A stretch of 64,000 nt of DNA from contig JARFYF010000052.1 of NCBI GenBank assembly GCA_030265395.1, positions 121,497,017 through 121,561,016 on the forward strand, in the 5' to 3' direction. Shown here one piece after another: positions 52,020 through 64,000 of this stretch (positions within the stretch are counted from its first letter, which is position 1; every line of letters starts with the position of its first letter). The DNA comes from Rhina ancylostomus (taxonomy: Eukaryota). The notes beneath the pieces are model-generated. The model was given only the letters and a program-made list of their open reading frames with translations, did not search any database and was not told where the DNA came from. The position numbers and the translations under genes were made by a program.

Positions 52020-52189
52020 CCAGCTATCCTGAGGGAAATCTTGGAGGGAATCAGTTACTAGATGGTTTGATTAGTCTTTCGCCCCTTTACTCAGGTCAGA
52101 TGCCAGATTTGCACACCAGGACCGATGCGGGCCACCACCAAAGTTTTCTCTGGCGTCACCCTACCCATAGTTTCCCATCTTTGGGTCCT
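52020..52189 (-). pseudogene. 28S (LSU) rRNA pseudogene fragment
   Basis: Minus strand aggacccaaagatgg.aactatg...aggggcgaaagactaatcaaaccatctagtaactgattccctcc...tttccctcaggatagctgg follows the conserved eukaryotic LSU segment ending at the LR5 primer region, with scattered substitutions and CpG decay. Confidence 0.93.
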
Positions 52190-53460
52190 GAAAGATAGAT
52201 ATCTTGCTGAGAGTGACTCATCTTCCAAACCCCAATGTCTTTCCATCCTCATGGCAGAAGTCAGAGGTTTGATGGAATACTCTAAACTTGTTTGGATGCT
52301 CAACATCATCCAGCAATGCTCCCCCTTGATCGACATCCCATCAACGACCTCAAATGTCCATTCCCTCAGGCATTGACACACAGTGACAGTAGCATATATT
52401 GTCCACAAAATGCACTGCATTTATTTGTCTAGGCTACTCCCACAGCACCTCCTAAAGGCCTGACTCCACCACCAAGGGCAGTAAGGAACACCACCATCAG
52501 CAGTTCCCCTCAAAGTTGCACATTATCCTGATTTGGAATTATGCTCCTGAGTCTAAATCTTGGAACTCCTGATCAAACAGTACAGAGGGAATTCCTTCAC
52601 TATAAGGTATGCAGCAATTTCAGAAAGCAACTCAACACCAATTTCTCAAGGACATTTAAGGATGATAATAAATAAAGGCCTTGCTAGTGATGCCCTCATC
52701 CAAAAATCAAATAAATCAAAACACAGAACAAGGAATTCTGTGTTTCCTTGTTATTTACTGAAATCTCCGGTCAGTATTTCTGCATAATCAATGGTAATTC
52801 AATCACTGGCCCATTGTAAATGTACACAATCAGGAAAGACATCAGCCCAGTAGATTTGGTGAGCTATCTCAGAACAAGGAGGGAAAATAAGGACAAACAA
52901 ATGTGAAGTGCTTTCGGACAGACTGGAGGCAAGGCATGTTACTAGTAAATTACCACCGAGGCAGTGGTCAGTTCAGGTTATCCTGGAACAGTGTAAGGCA
53001 CAGTCATAGATATCTTTGTTTAATTCTTCACAAGGAAAATCATTGTGGCTGCTGGTACATTAAAATCAGAGACAATAGGAAGACAAGGAAAAGGAAGAGC
53101 CATTGGAGCAGGCAACTAAGCTAGAAAAGAAGTTGTGTGTTGATAGATGGATTCAGGAAAGACCAGTACAGGTTGGAGGAAGGTCAGAGGAAGCACATTG
53201 GAATGTCAGAGAAAAGTGAGTCAGCCTGAGGCAGCTTTGTGAGAGTCAGTGTGCAACCAATTAGATGATTAAGATATATGTATATAAACAGGAGGAAATT
53301 GACTTGAGGATCAGGGTAAAGGTAGCAGAACAAATGGTGGATGATTTAAAAGGTGCCCATTGGATACTGCAGCAGCAGACCACTGAGGGAAAGAAAAGTT
53401 AGGCAGACCATCATTGACTGCAGGCATCAGGTTGCAGGATACATTGAAAATACTGAAAGG

Positions 53461-53461
<1 letters not shown>

Positions 53462-53506
<45 letters not shown>
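53462..53506. repeat. (TG)n microsatellite
   Basis: Seen directly. Confidence 0.98.
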
Positions 53507-53507
<1 letters not shown>

Positions 53508-54801
53508 GGAACCAACACAGATTCAATTGCATGAGCTTGGTTGAGGGAAAGTATGAGATGGACAGGAATAGTATAGGAGGGATAGAATAGAGATAACCAG
53601 ATCATGGACCTATGGTACTCCTGGGGTTTACCTGGCACACATGTGGTGGAGGTGGTATTGGCCTTCATCTGACAGGGTACCTGAAGTAGATCAAGTTGTG
53701 TCAGATCATGACTTTATCTTCCCTAACAATGATTAAGAGAGGCAAGTGCACCTGCTACAGCTTGATCTAGGGATGGACCCACTTGGGTGTTTTCTAAAAG
53801 TCAACCAAGTGTCTTATTGAATGGACTTGATGTCACAGGAAGGAACAGGTTGTTGTTATTCAAAGTCAGACCTAATATATGTAAAGGGTTATCTGCTGAC
53901 ATATGAGTGGGAAATGGGTCCCAAAAGGATTTAAAGCACAATGTAATTATATCAACTGCCGATCTCACCACCCAATTCTCTGTTCACTCTCCTGCTCTGG
54001 CTTCCAGTCTCCAAAACAATCCCAATTGGACATCTAACTGGCACTGGGTCCTGGATTTACACAAGGCTTTCCTTTGTGCACTGCACCAATGCAGAGCGTC
54101 TAAAGGGAAATATGCAAAGCTATTCAATCACAGATGAGGACATTGCAACAGTGGAACCACAATCAAAGTAATTGCCAACATACTCCAAAACAGCCCTTTA
54201 GCTTGCTTCTACCATTGCCAGCTCTTTTGTCTTCAACCAGTACGATGAGAAACACAGTGCATGCTTCCTGACTGTTATATTCAAGCCAAATTGAGTCTGG
54301 AAACATCTTATTAAAATAGATATTTTGCAGATCAATTTCTAAAGTTCTAGACTTTCTATTAATCTTGTTATGTTACTTGAAACCATTTAAAAACTGGAAA
54401 ATCTTTAGCAAAGCTCCAAGCAGATGCACAGTCTTTTAGTGGGCTCTCCAGGTACAGCACCACTGCTTCTGCTTATCTCCTATTCCATTAAAATGACCAC
54501 GCGGTCAGGAAGATGGTGCTATGAATCACCACTAAAACATGATTGAATGTTGGCAAGCCAAGCTTTATTCTTTTCATGATTTTTTTTTGCATTACCACCT
54601 AGAGACAGTGGACTGCTTGATGCCAGATGCTGATTATTTGCAGATCACATCACAGTCAGCAAGTCCAAGGCCTATAATGATAACAGAGTTATCAATTCAT
54701 CCCAGTTACTTCAACTTACAATTCAATAACCAGTGAAGGATTCAATTTCATTCAAATCTTGCTGGTTAGTTCTATTATTGAAACAACAAAAAGGAATTAC
54801 G

Positions 54802-55050
54802 TGTCATGGTTCTGAGTTCTGGCCCTCAATTTGGCTCCATTAATGCCTTGTTGTCCAGCACATGGATTCCATGCNNNNNNNNNNNNNNNNNNNNNNNNNN
54901 NNNNNNNNNNNNNNNNNNNNNNNNNNNNNNNNNNNNNNNNNNNNNNNNNNNNNNNNNNNNNNNNNNNNNNNNNNTATCCTGACTCCAGTCTTGTATTGGT
55001 GTGCTGCATTTGGGTTCTCTGTGAGTTTGCTCCGGATCAACATTGTGACA
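54802..55050 (+). mobile_element. Solo LTR (Gypsy-like) with 5-bp TSD TTACG
   Basis: TGTCA...TGACA termini flanked by TTACG at 54797-54801 and 55051-55055; reverse complement of 35869-36158. Sense orientation inferred from the ctgcatttggg...gtgaca 3' end seen in fish Gypsy LTRs. Confidence 0.9.
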
Positions 55051-56926
55051 TTACGTGGTAGACCATTTTGCCACAGGAACTAACAATAGGTTGACACTAA
55101 GACTCTTCAGCCAGAATGTTTATTGCAGGCTTGGGTTCCATGGACAATTGATTCCTTGTTTTTATATTGGCTCAAAGGCAACCTTCACTCATTGTCAGAA
55201 GTTTCCCCTTTCATCTTGTGATGGACCAGCCACTGCACTTTTGAATTTCTATAATAATGAATGAGCATATTCTACAAAAGGTGCAAACCTGTACAAAAAG
55301 ATTCCCTTAACTCCTTGATAAATCTCATCCACAATGCACTTAGATAACACAACTTCCAAAAGCTATCCTTATACAATCGTCATCTTAAAAAAAGACAAAC
55401 AATAATAAATTCTCTAGCAAAACTTAATGCATTTTGAATATATTTCTACCCTTATCATATCTAATTACATGGTGCAGGAGCTGCTGTAGGCTTATTGCAT
55501 GAATACTTTTACAACAGCTTAGCTTAGTGTAAACATTACATCCCGCCAGCCAGATTTATCTATCTACTGAAAGATGTACGTTTCCCAGTTTAACTTGAAC
55601 ATGCACTGCTCCATTGCCACAAAAGGATATGCTAATTCTACATCTTCATTCCAACATGTTTACCCTCGCAGTTACTAAAGAAATCAGTAATTTGTTTAGG
55701 TAACGGGGAAAGCTAAGCCATGATTGAGTTATACTCCCCTGAAGGAAACCACTGATATCAGATTCCACTGTGCTGAAGGCAGGATCTAGTCAAATACAAT
55801 CAATCCTTTCCCACAGGGGAGGAACATCAAGTTGTACTGCTGAATATCCTATTTCAACAAAAAAAGTGTCTAACTTAATTTAAAAAATACAAAATAAATG
55901 TAGTTTTAATTAAGCTATGGCTTTGTGTTTTGGAATTTTTTTTGAAGCACCACTCAGCCTTGCAGGCATGGTTCCTGACTGAGCCAATAAGCAGCCATGT
56001 GTTCATCTTCCTCGGGTCTTTTTAAACATTGATTGCCTTGATTTAGTATTGGAATTAAGACTCCTATTTCCATGTACCTTAAAGAAAAGGTTTGAAATGA
56101 TGCTACCAATTTGCTTCATTCCTTTCATAAGTACACAACATTAAAAAAATTCATCTGTGTAAATATTTAAAAATGTAATAAAATTACCACTTGTCATCAG
56201 CTATTTTATGTCCAATTTAATCAATTCCCAAATTGTTTCTCTGAAATTCCTTCCAATAAAGCCATGTTCACTGAATGAAGGCAAACAAATTTTAAGACAT
56301 AGTGGTTTGAATTTTATTAGGCTTTACCATCAACTATCCCTTAATATTCCAGCATTTACCTGAGAAACAATATCGGGCTTAGGAATTTAGTGCATACATA
56401 TGCTAACATGGAAGTTCCAAACCTGCTGACAGATTCCTGCTGGTGGATCTGGCACCACACTATGCCTCTAGACTCCACATGAAGCCTGTTCCATGCTAGG
56501 CCTGCAGCAGGTTCTGCAAGCTCATCCATTTGAATGGAGTTTTTATGGCCATGAGGAAGAAGTGAATTGACACCCTTTATCATTTTTATTTTCTGTGATA
56601 TTTCTGAACATTTAAATTAGGTTTAAATTTTTTTAGGTGACTATTTTTTGTTTTTATTATTTTCAAATATTTTATAATTGTTTAATTCATTTTAATCACT
56701 TTTGAATGCGGCTTAATGTCAGGGACATTCAGAAACATTTAAAATTATTTAAGGTTTTGACAGACAGCAAAAGCTTCGCAATCTGTCAAAGATTCCCTCA
56801 ATAGTTTCCTGGGCAGGACTTGTCTGGCCAACTAAGTGATCTATTTACATCATTGCAAGAACCTGACACCACATAGGACTTTGCATATTGGGTCTAGGAG
56901 GGAATCATCCCACAGGTTTTCAGTAA

Positions 56927-56970
56927 AGATATAGATAAGGTAAGTGTAGATATAGATAAGGTAAGTGTAG
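56927..56970. repeat. Perfect 21-bp tandem duplication
   Basis: agatatagataaggtaagtgt occurs twice. Confidence 0.95.
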
Positions 56971-57189
56971 GACAATTGCATGCCTCAGTGGTGAGTGTGG
57001 TTGGTGAGCTTCACTTAGTAAAATCTAAGCTGGTGAAGCCTGTGCAGCATCCGATCATCTGATATCACTGTTTTAAGATACCATTATTTCTGGAATCTGT
57101 ATCTTCCACAGATAACACCAAATGAAGGGCTCTTGGCTAACTTTCTTGTCTGGTTTGAAAGAATGTTGAAGTATTGCATCATGCCCTTA

Positions 57190-57735
57190 TTGTAAATTGT
57201 AAATTGGTTTATTATTGTCATGTGCACCAAGGTATAGTGAAAAAGTTTGTTTTGCCTGCCATCCATACAGATGATTTTATTACATCAGTACATTGAGGTA
57301 GTACAAAGGAAATGCCAAAACAAAATGCAGAATAAAGTGTCATATTTACAGAGAAAGTGCAGTGCTGGCAGACAATAAGGTGCAAGGCCATGACAAAGTA
57401 GATTGTGAGGTCAAATGTTCATATTATTGTACTAGGGAGCCATTCAATAGTCTTAAAACAATGGGATAGAAGCTGTCCTTCAGCCTGATGGTACGTGCTA
57501 TCAGGGTCTTGTATCTTCTGCCCAATTGGGAAGGGGGAGGTGGAGAAGAGAGAACGTCCGGAGTGAGTGGGGTCTCTGATTATGTTGGCTGCTTTACCGA
57601 GGCCACAAAAAGTGTAGACCATGGAGGGGAGGCTGGTTTTCACAATGTGCTGAACTGTGTCCGCAACTCTCTCCAGTTTCTTGCAGACTCAGACAGAGCA
57701 TTTGTCATACCGAGTCGTGTTGCATCTGGATAGAA
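57190..57735 (-). mobile_element. Rex1/Babar LINE 3' end
   Basis: KTSLPSMVYTFCGLGKAANIIRDPTHSG; homologous to 28820-29345. Confidence 0.9.
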
Positions 57736-60389
57736 TACATCTGTATCTGCAATAATTTATTTCTGGATTCAAGATAGACCAAGAAATTCCATAATTGATG
57801 AAAAAATTACTTTAAGACTGTGGGTAGTTCTATGAAACTGTAGGCTGCATGGTTTCTGTAAAACTCCTTTCAGTTATTTTGACCAGTTATCAGTCAGGAG
57901 AAACCTAAACAACCATCCTCTTTTTGAGAAGGTTGTAATCCCACCAAAATGTAAAATGTAAAGTGATGAGCTACAGTAAAACTGCCAGAGTATAAATGAG
58001 CTTGATAGTTGTTATTACAGGCATGCTACATTCTACTGTGGTCAAGAACAAAAGAATGCTAGACATAAGGGGAATATTATATGATCACCCTACCATCCCC
58101 ACCATCACTACCACTTCACCAAGCCTGAGATTCCATTCAAGATTATATAACTGATCTGAGTTTTAAAGTGAATGAATCCTGCCACTTTGTTTTCAATCTT
58201 AATTGTGAGTTTGGATCTTATAGTCTTACTATTCTGAAAAAGAAAACCTATTTTCAAACAATTTCTTAACATTCCTAATATTTTCTTGACATTTCTTAAA
58301 GCTACTGGGAAAAAGTCCACTATAGGATTTCCAAAACTTGAAACCCTTCTTAGAAGCAGTAATTCAGTAGAAAAAAGGACACAACTTCATTTAGTCAAAA
58401 TAATCCCTCCCACATCCAGTCAATGTATCTTCCCTGCCTGAAGTAGTCTTGAGTTAAAATCAACCCCAACCGCTCTTTAATTAAAAGTAGACTCATCAAC
58501 AAATTCACACCACAGAAAGGCCTAAATCACTGTACATATTTGCAGATGCACAGTGACATGTTGCTGGTGGGAGAGAAGAAAAACTGATAATTGTTCTGCA
58601 TCTACATTAGTGTAAGCAAGGATCTCTCCTGAGCAAAGCTTTTGACAGAAATTATCTCTGGGATTTCCCTTATTTAACTATGTAGGTTAATGGAAGAGGA
58701 AAAGCAAAAACATTTTTTTCTTAAAAGCAAGCTTGCCACTTTTTGTTGATTTGCCAAGATTAAAGAACAGCTGCAAAATGTGAGGAATGATACACAAGAG
58801 CGAGCAAGAAGTAGAACTCAGTTATGGGGATGGATTGTCAACTGGTATATCAAATTCATGTTTGTTGGCTGGTTTTAAACTATTAGCAGCTCTCCGTGCT
58901 ATTGTCATGGAAACTACTGAGTAATATTTCTCTTATTCACTAACAAGTAAGTAACACAATGTTGTAAGTTACATCATCATGTCACAACATTACTCTTACA
59001 GGATCACTTTCGACTGCGGCAACACTCATAACTTCAAGACAAGCTTGTCCCTTCTTGGTCTATTTGCATCATTATGTCTTATTGGATTTCCAGCCAAGGC
59101 TTTTATTGTTTGAGAGAGATATCTTGCTGTCTTCTCCTCAGACCTTCTTCCAGGCTCATGGATAGAACGCCATCTGCAATTCCATAGAGAATACCTTTTT
59201 GTTTTCTGTGCCATTATGCTATGATTTTCTAATTAGACCATCTGGTTTGTTGCCCGTTTTATGTATTATAGGCACAAGGTGGCTCATTTCCTGTGTGTTA
59301 TCATGTTCAACCTTTGGAGGTATCATTAACTTAACTTGCTACATGCTGCAAGTCACAATCTGGTCTGGGCAAAATTGGAAAACACAACAGCTATGTTAAC
59401 TCAAGTGTTCACTTTCAATGCCTTGTTTTAGAATTTGAGCAACTTTTCAAGAAACTGGATTGTCTAAATGCAGTGTTGCTTCAGAATAGTAATATTCCAT
59501 CAAAATAGACAAAAATACAATCAAAAATACATCATAATCACATGAAGCAACGTTAATTCTCAGGGAGAAAAATGAACCTTATAATCAAGTCACATTATAC
59601 CTCGAATACAAGAGTGTCCTGGTATAAGACATGTTGCATGTGCTTGTAGACAGGAGTATTTCACACTTGTTTACAACTGAAGAGAATACACTTCCTTTCA
59701 TCTCACTTTTATCAGAACAACTTTCCTTATATTTTGAGTATTTTGGACAGAATAGATTATTTTAATATTTTGACCACATCAGTTATCATATCTCTTTATG
59801 GGGTTTAATCTCCCTCATTATCTCCTGTTTTATTTTGGTTGATTTTTTTGACTCAGTAGCCACATGATTCAAACCTAAATCTTTGATCGGTCATATAAAT
59901 TTCCTTTTCAAATTGTTGGTTGAGTTATGATATTTCCATTTATCCAACTAACACCACTCTCACTGTGTGAGAGAAAATGTTGCATTAGCATTAAAGCAGT
60001 AAAATATAACCATTTCCAGAACCAGATGGAAGGATTACCAATAAAATCCCCCACAGCATATATCTGTATTCTTTAACCTCTGATAATGAAATTGAATGGA
60101 TCTAGTACTATTGTTTACTTTTAAGTTAAGAAAATATGCAGCTTTGAAACTCCGTAACTTTTCGTCAACAGTATTGACCTTTATTGGAATTAAGTCTCAT
60201 GGATACCTGTTACATCCTGGTATCTTGGTTTTCATGAGTCTCAGCAGCAATTCAACTGCCTAGTCATTGCTACTGAGGTTGACCTTGTCCCCAACAGTTC
60301 TCAATGCACATTCTTCGAACAGCATTCACTGAACAGTTGTTGAGAGCAGACACTCTGGCTGATTTTGTCCTTCATAACTCAAGATCGGT

Positions 60390-62200
60390 GGAGTCATAGA
60401 GTCATGAAATCATACAGTGTGGAAACTGACCATTTGGCCCAACTCATCCAACTGAATAGTGGGTGCCCTTCTGATTTCAATCCCATCTCCCTGCACTTAG
60501 CCCAAAGCTTCTAGGCCAAGGCAATTCAAGTCGTCACCTCAACACCTCTTAAATGCTGTCAGTGACTCAGCTTCAGTCACTTGCTTGGGCAGTGCATTCC
60601 AGTTACTTACCACTCTCTGGGTGAAGAAGGTCCTCTTATTTTCCCCTCTAAATCTTTCCCCCCTTACTCTAAGTCTATGTCTTCTAGTTTTATCTACCTC
60701 CTATATGGTGAAGAATTTCTTACAGTCCATTCTATCTGTACTCCTCATAATTGTATGTACACCAATAATGTCCCCTCTTACCCTCCTCTGCTCCAGGGCG
60801 AACAGACGTAACTTCTCTAATTTCTTCTCATAACTGAACTGCTCCATCCATTGCAACATCCTGGTGAACCTCCTCTGCACCTCCTCCAGTGCTACCACAT
60901 CATTCTGGAAGTATAGAGGTCAAAGCTACATGCAGTACTGCAGTTGAGGTCTGACCAAGGTTTTACAAAGTTATAGCATAGCTTCCCTACTTTTATATAA
61001 GATGCTCTGACTAATGAAGGCTGTATCATATGGTAACTACTTCAGTCACCACCTACAAGGATTCATGGACTTGTACTCCAAGGTCCCTCTATTCTTCAAT
61101 ACACCCCCTGACCCTATCAATCACAGTGTATGTCTTAGCCTCATTAGTATGCCTGGATTAAACTCCCATCTTTTCATCTGATTTCACTAACACATCAATA
61201 TCTCTCTGAAGCCTATGTCTACCTTCCACACTATCAGCAACTCCTCCAATCTTTATGTCATCCACAAACTTACTGATCATGCCTCCCACATCCACATCCA
61301 AATCATTCACATATATTACAAATGACAAGAGTCCCAGCAACAAACCTTGTGGAACACCACTAGTCACAGGCATCCAACTGAAAAATCACCTCTCTACCAT
61401 CACCATTTATCTCTTATTGCCATGCCAATTTTGGATCCAGTTTGCCAACTTGCCCTGGATCCCATGAGTCCTCACCTTTTGAACTTATCTCCAGTGTGGT
61501 ATCTTGTCAAAGGCCCTCCTAAAGTCCATGTAAATCACATCCACTGCCCTTTCCTCAGCCCTTTTGTTACCTCTTCAAAGAATTCAGTCAAGTTAGCAGA
61601 CAGGATGTGCCCATGACAAAGCCACATTGGCTGTCTCTGATTAGTCTCTGACTTTCCAAGTGATTGTTAATCCTCTCCGCACTGTAGCGTAGTGGTTAGC
61701 ACAACGCTATTACGGCACCAGCAACCTGGGTTCGATTCCCGCCACTACCTGTAAGGAGTTTGTACGTTCTCCCGTGTCTGTGTGGGTTTCCTCCGGGTNN
61801 NNNNNNNNNNNNNNNNNNNNNNNNNNNNNNNNNNNNNNNNNNNNNNNNNNNNNNNNNNNNNNNNNNNNNNNNNNNNNNNNNNNNNNNNNNNNNNNNNNGG
61901 AGTTTGTACGTTCTCCCGTGTCTGTGTGGGTTTCCTCCGGGTGCTCTGGTTTCCTCCCACATTCCAAAGACGTACTGGTAGGTTAATTTGGGGTTTAAAA
62001 TGGGCGGTGTGGACTCGTTGGGCCGGAAGGCCCTGTTACCACGCTGTAAATCTAAAAATCTAAAAAATCCCTCAGAATTGTTTCCAGTTTTTTTTCCCTG
62101 CCACTGATGTTAGGCTCACAGGTCTATAGTTACCAGGCTTTTCCTTGCTGCCTTTCTTGAAAAGGGGGACCAGGTTTACTGTCCTCCAGTAATCTGGTTC
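60390..62200 (-). mobile_element. CR1/HER1-type LINE with decayed RT, interrupted by a SINE
   Basis: VTSGVPQGLLLG..FVIYVNDLD...ISKFVDDIKIGG and ALEEVQRRFTRML; (gagtcata)n-type tail at ~60390. Confidence 0.93.
61678..62067 (+). mobile_element. Relatively young tRNA-derived V-SINE inserted into a CR1
   Basis: A box TAGCGTAGTGG (61685-61695), B box GGTTCGATTCC (61729-61739), V core, CpGs retained, (tctaaaaa)n tail; CR1 sequence continues on both sides. Confidence 0.92.
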
Positions 62201-64000
62201 CTTACTGGTCTGGTTCCTCCCTGAGTCTGCAGCAATGAGCTGATGTTTACTACATTAGCACACACTAGAGGTTGAACCTGGCTCTTTGATTTTTAGGTGG
62301 GTTTTATATGAAAAGGATAGATTTTCTGGTGCACTAGGATGCCCTTATCCTCCCACTCTTACAACACATCACACTATCAGCAATTCCAGGTATTAAGATT
62401 ATCTGCAAGGAAAGAAACTTTCTTGATCCTTCAGGTGGAAAGTGTGACTGCCGAATCTCTGCGACTACCTCACAGCTTCACCGTATCTCATCTTTATCAA
62501 TGGTTTCATTAAATAAAATGTTTCCCTTTTCCCTCTCACTTTGTTCACATTAATGAAATAAATGATCTGAAGTGTGACTGATTACTACCTTCTGAATTAT
62601 TCAGATACTGTACATTCATTATGAACATCTTATGAAGGAATGGGACAGCCTGCTGTATTCCTATTTCTTGCATTGTCTGGTAAGCTCAGCAACAATTTTA
62701 ATCACAGAAATTGTTCTGTCAAAATTCCTAAAAGAGGTTAATCAAGAAGAAGATATATATTCTTTGAATAAATATATAGATTTGCACCTCTGACAGATAA
62801 GTCTACTAAAATTACTAATAATTTTCACAGAATATTGAGGACAATTTCAATGTAAAGCACAAGCTGGATGCTGATAATACAAACGTCCTTTTAATTCCCC
62901 ATGTGGTACTACGACAATCACATTCAACATAAAAAATCCTCCTAACTGAAGTACATGGCTGAAAGTTGATATTTTGTAACCTGTTTTTTAAAATGTGCTG
63001 GCTTTGGGGGGTTCACCCATTGTGATGTCTTCAATATTTTTTGTTTTATCTTGTAGGATTGTTTATCACATTGTATGATAACTGATGTAAGGAGGGTAAA
63101 TACTAGATAGAAAATGTCATATGCCTCCTCCTGTACTCTCTTGCCACTATCATCACAGATACCTCGAGGTACAACATTGTTTTTATGTCCATTACTTTAA
63201 TGTTATTTGAACAACTTGTATGTCTGTAGGTTTCAAGACTATATTGACAAAAATATAAAAGTGCTGGAAAGCTTCTGTCTGACAATGGCTTATCACTCCT
63301 TTTAAAAAAAATGTGGTTGATAACATCAGTAACTCTAACTGAAAGTATTGATTTGCAGAAGGGAAAAAAAGATTCCTGAGCTAAAAGAAATACTGAGCAT
63401 GAAATTTGTCTTCTCCCGCAACACAATATAGTCCATTGCTTTTGTATTATACATCCCGCTCAATAGGGAGATCCCATTACTCCTGTATCCATAAGGAAAG
63501 TAAAGGAAGAATGAAAGCTTACCTTCTTGGTTTTCTTCTGTCCTTCCAATTCCTCACTGTACTGACTAGGTTGCAAACTCAGTATCTGTTCAGATTGCTA
63601 AATCAAAATTGAAGTTGAGCTACAATGATATATTTATGAATTAACATGCTTAAGTTAAAACAGACCTGATAATTTCATTTGGATGGCTTTACAATCTGCT
63701 CAAGAGAGGCCGAGAAACACATCAGGTCAAATCTTATTGCCCTGCTTAATTTTAACTGTGGCTGTGCCCAGCTTCCATGAAGTTCAACATCTGTAATGTA
63801 AGGAATAGTGCCTACAATGCAAAATACAATTGAAGTAGGTTTTCATGTGACACAGCAGCAGAACAAGGTGCAATTGTGGAGAAGTTTATCTCTTGATATT
63901 TAAGATTCTGAATAATTAATTATGTCATAATTTTCTCCTAACTACCAGGTGTATGGAACAGATCAGAGTTCAGTCAAGAAAAATGAAAAACAATAATAAT

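Larger units (their letters stand above)
51680..52715 (+). mobile_element. CR1/L2-superclade LINE 3' region interrupted by nested insertions
   Basis: aaatcctgggggtcatcagtgacca (ILGV) at ~51740; the LINE resumes at ~52195 and then matches the reverse complement of 17500-17960. Confidence 0.8.

Noticed and set aside
56927-56970. Tandem repeat as a CRISPR-like array or duplicated splice donor
   Set aside because: Only two adjacent copies with no spacers; simple slippage duplication, and no supported upstream exon
59984-59994. 11-nt match to the miR-155 5' end
   Set aside because: The rest of the mature sequence and the opposite arm are missing
61755-61942. Direct repeat flanking an N gap (also ctgatcaagaatc around 13855-13980)
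   Set aside because: Identical sequence on both sides of a 100-N gap is most likely unmerged contig overlap, an assembly artefact

Overview
This is eukaryotic, vertebrate-type intergenic or intronic DNA: AT-rich, CpG-depleted, from a draft scaffold with many N gaps. The repeat content (V-SINE/HE1-type tRNA SINEs, CR1/HER1-type LINEs, Rex1/Babar LINEs, Penelope-derived short repeats) points to a cartilaginous fish, probably a ray or shark; this is an inference. I can support no intact protein-coding gene, and there is no CRISPR array, operon or other prokaryotic system. The recognisable ORFs in the track are decayed transposon pieces; the rest are microsatellite or N-gap artefacts or short chance ORFs. 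The window holds: (1) many decayed LINEs and SINEs; (2) three copies of one LTR family with TGTCA...TGACA ends, two of them solo LTRs with perfect 5-bp target-site duplications; (3) a ~170-bp decayed 28S rRNA fragment nested inside a LINE; (4) fold-back Penelope-derived repeats carrying degenerate hammerhead-ribozyme cores; (5) PIF/Harbinger transposase fossils; (6) one small CpG island at ~18.8-19.1 kb that looks like a promoter and may drive an unannotated spliced minus-strand transcript; (7) several repeat-free, TF-motif-dense blocks at 31-47 kb that resemble conserved non-coding enhancers. Coordinates of decayed repeats are approximate, and family names come from motif recognition rather than database searches.
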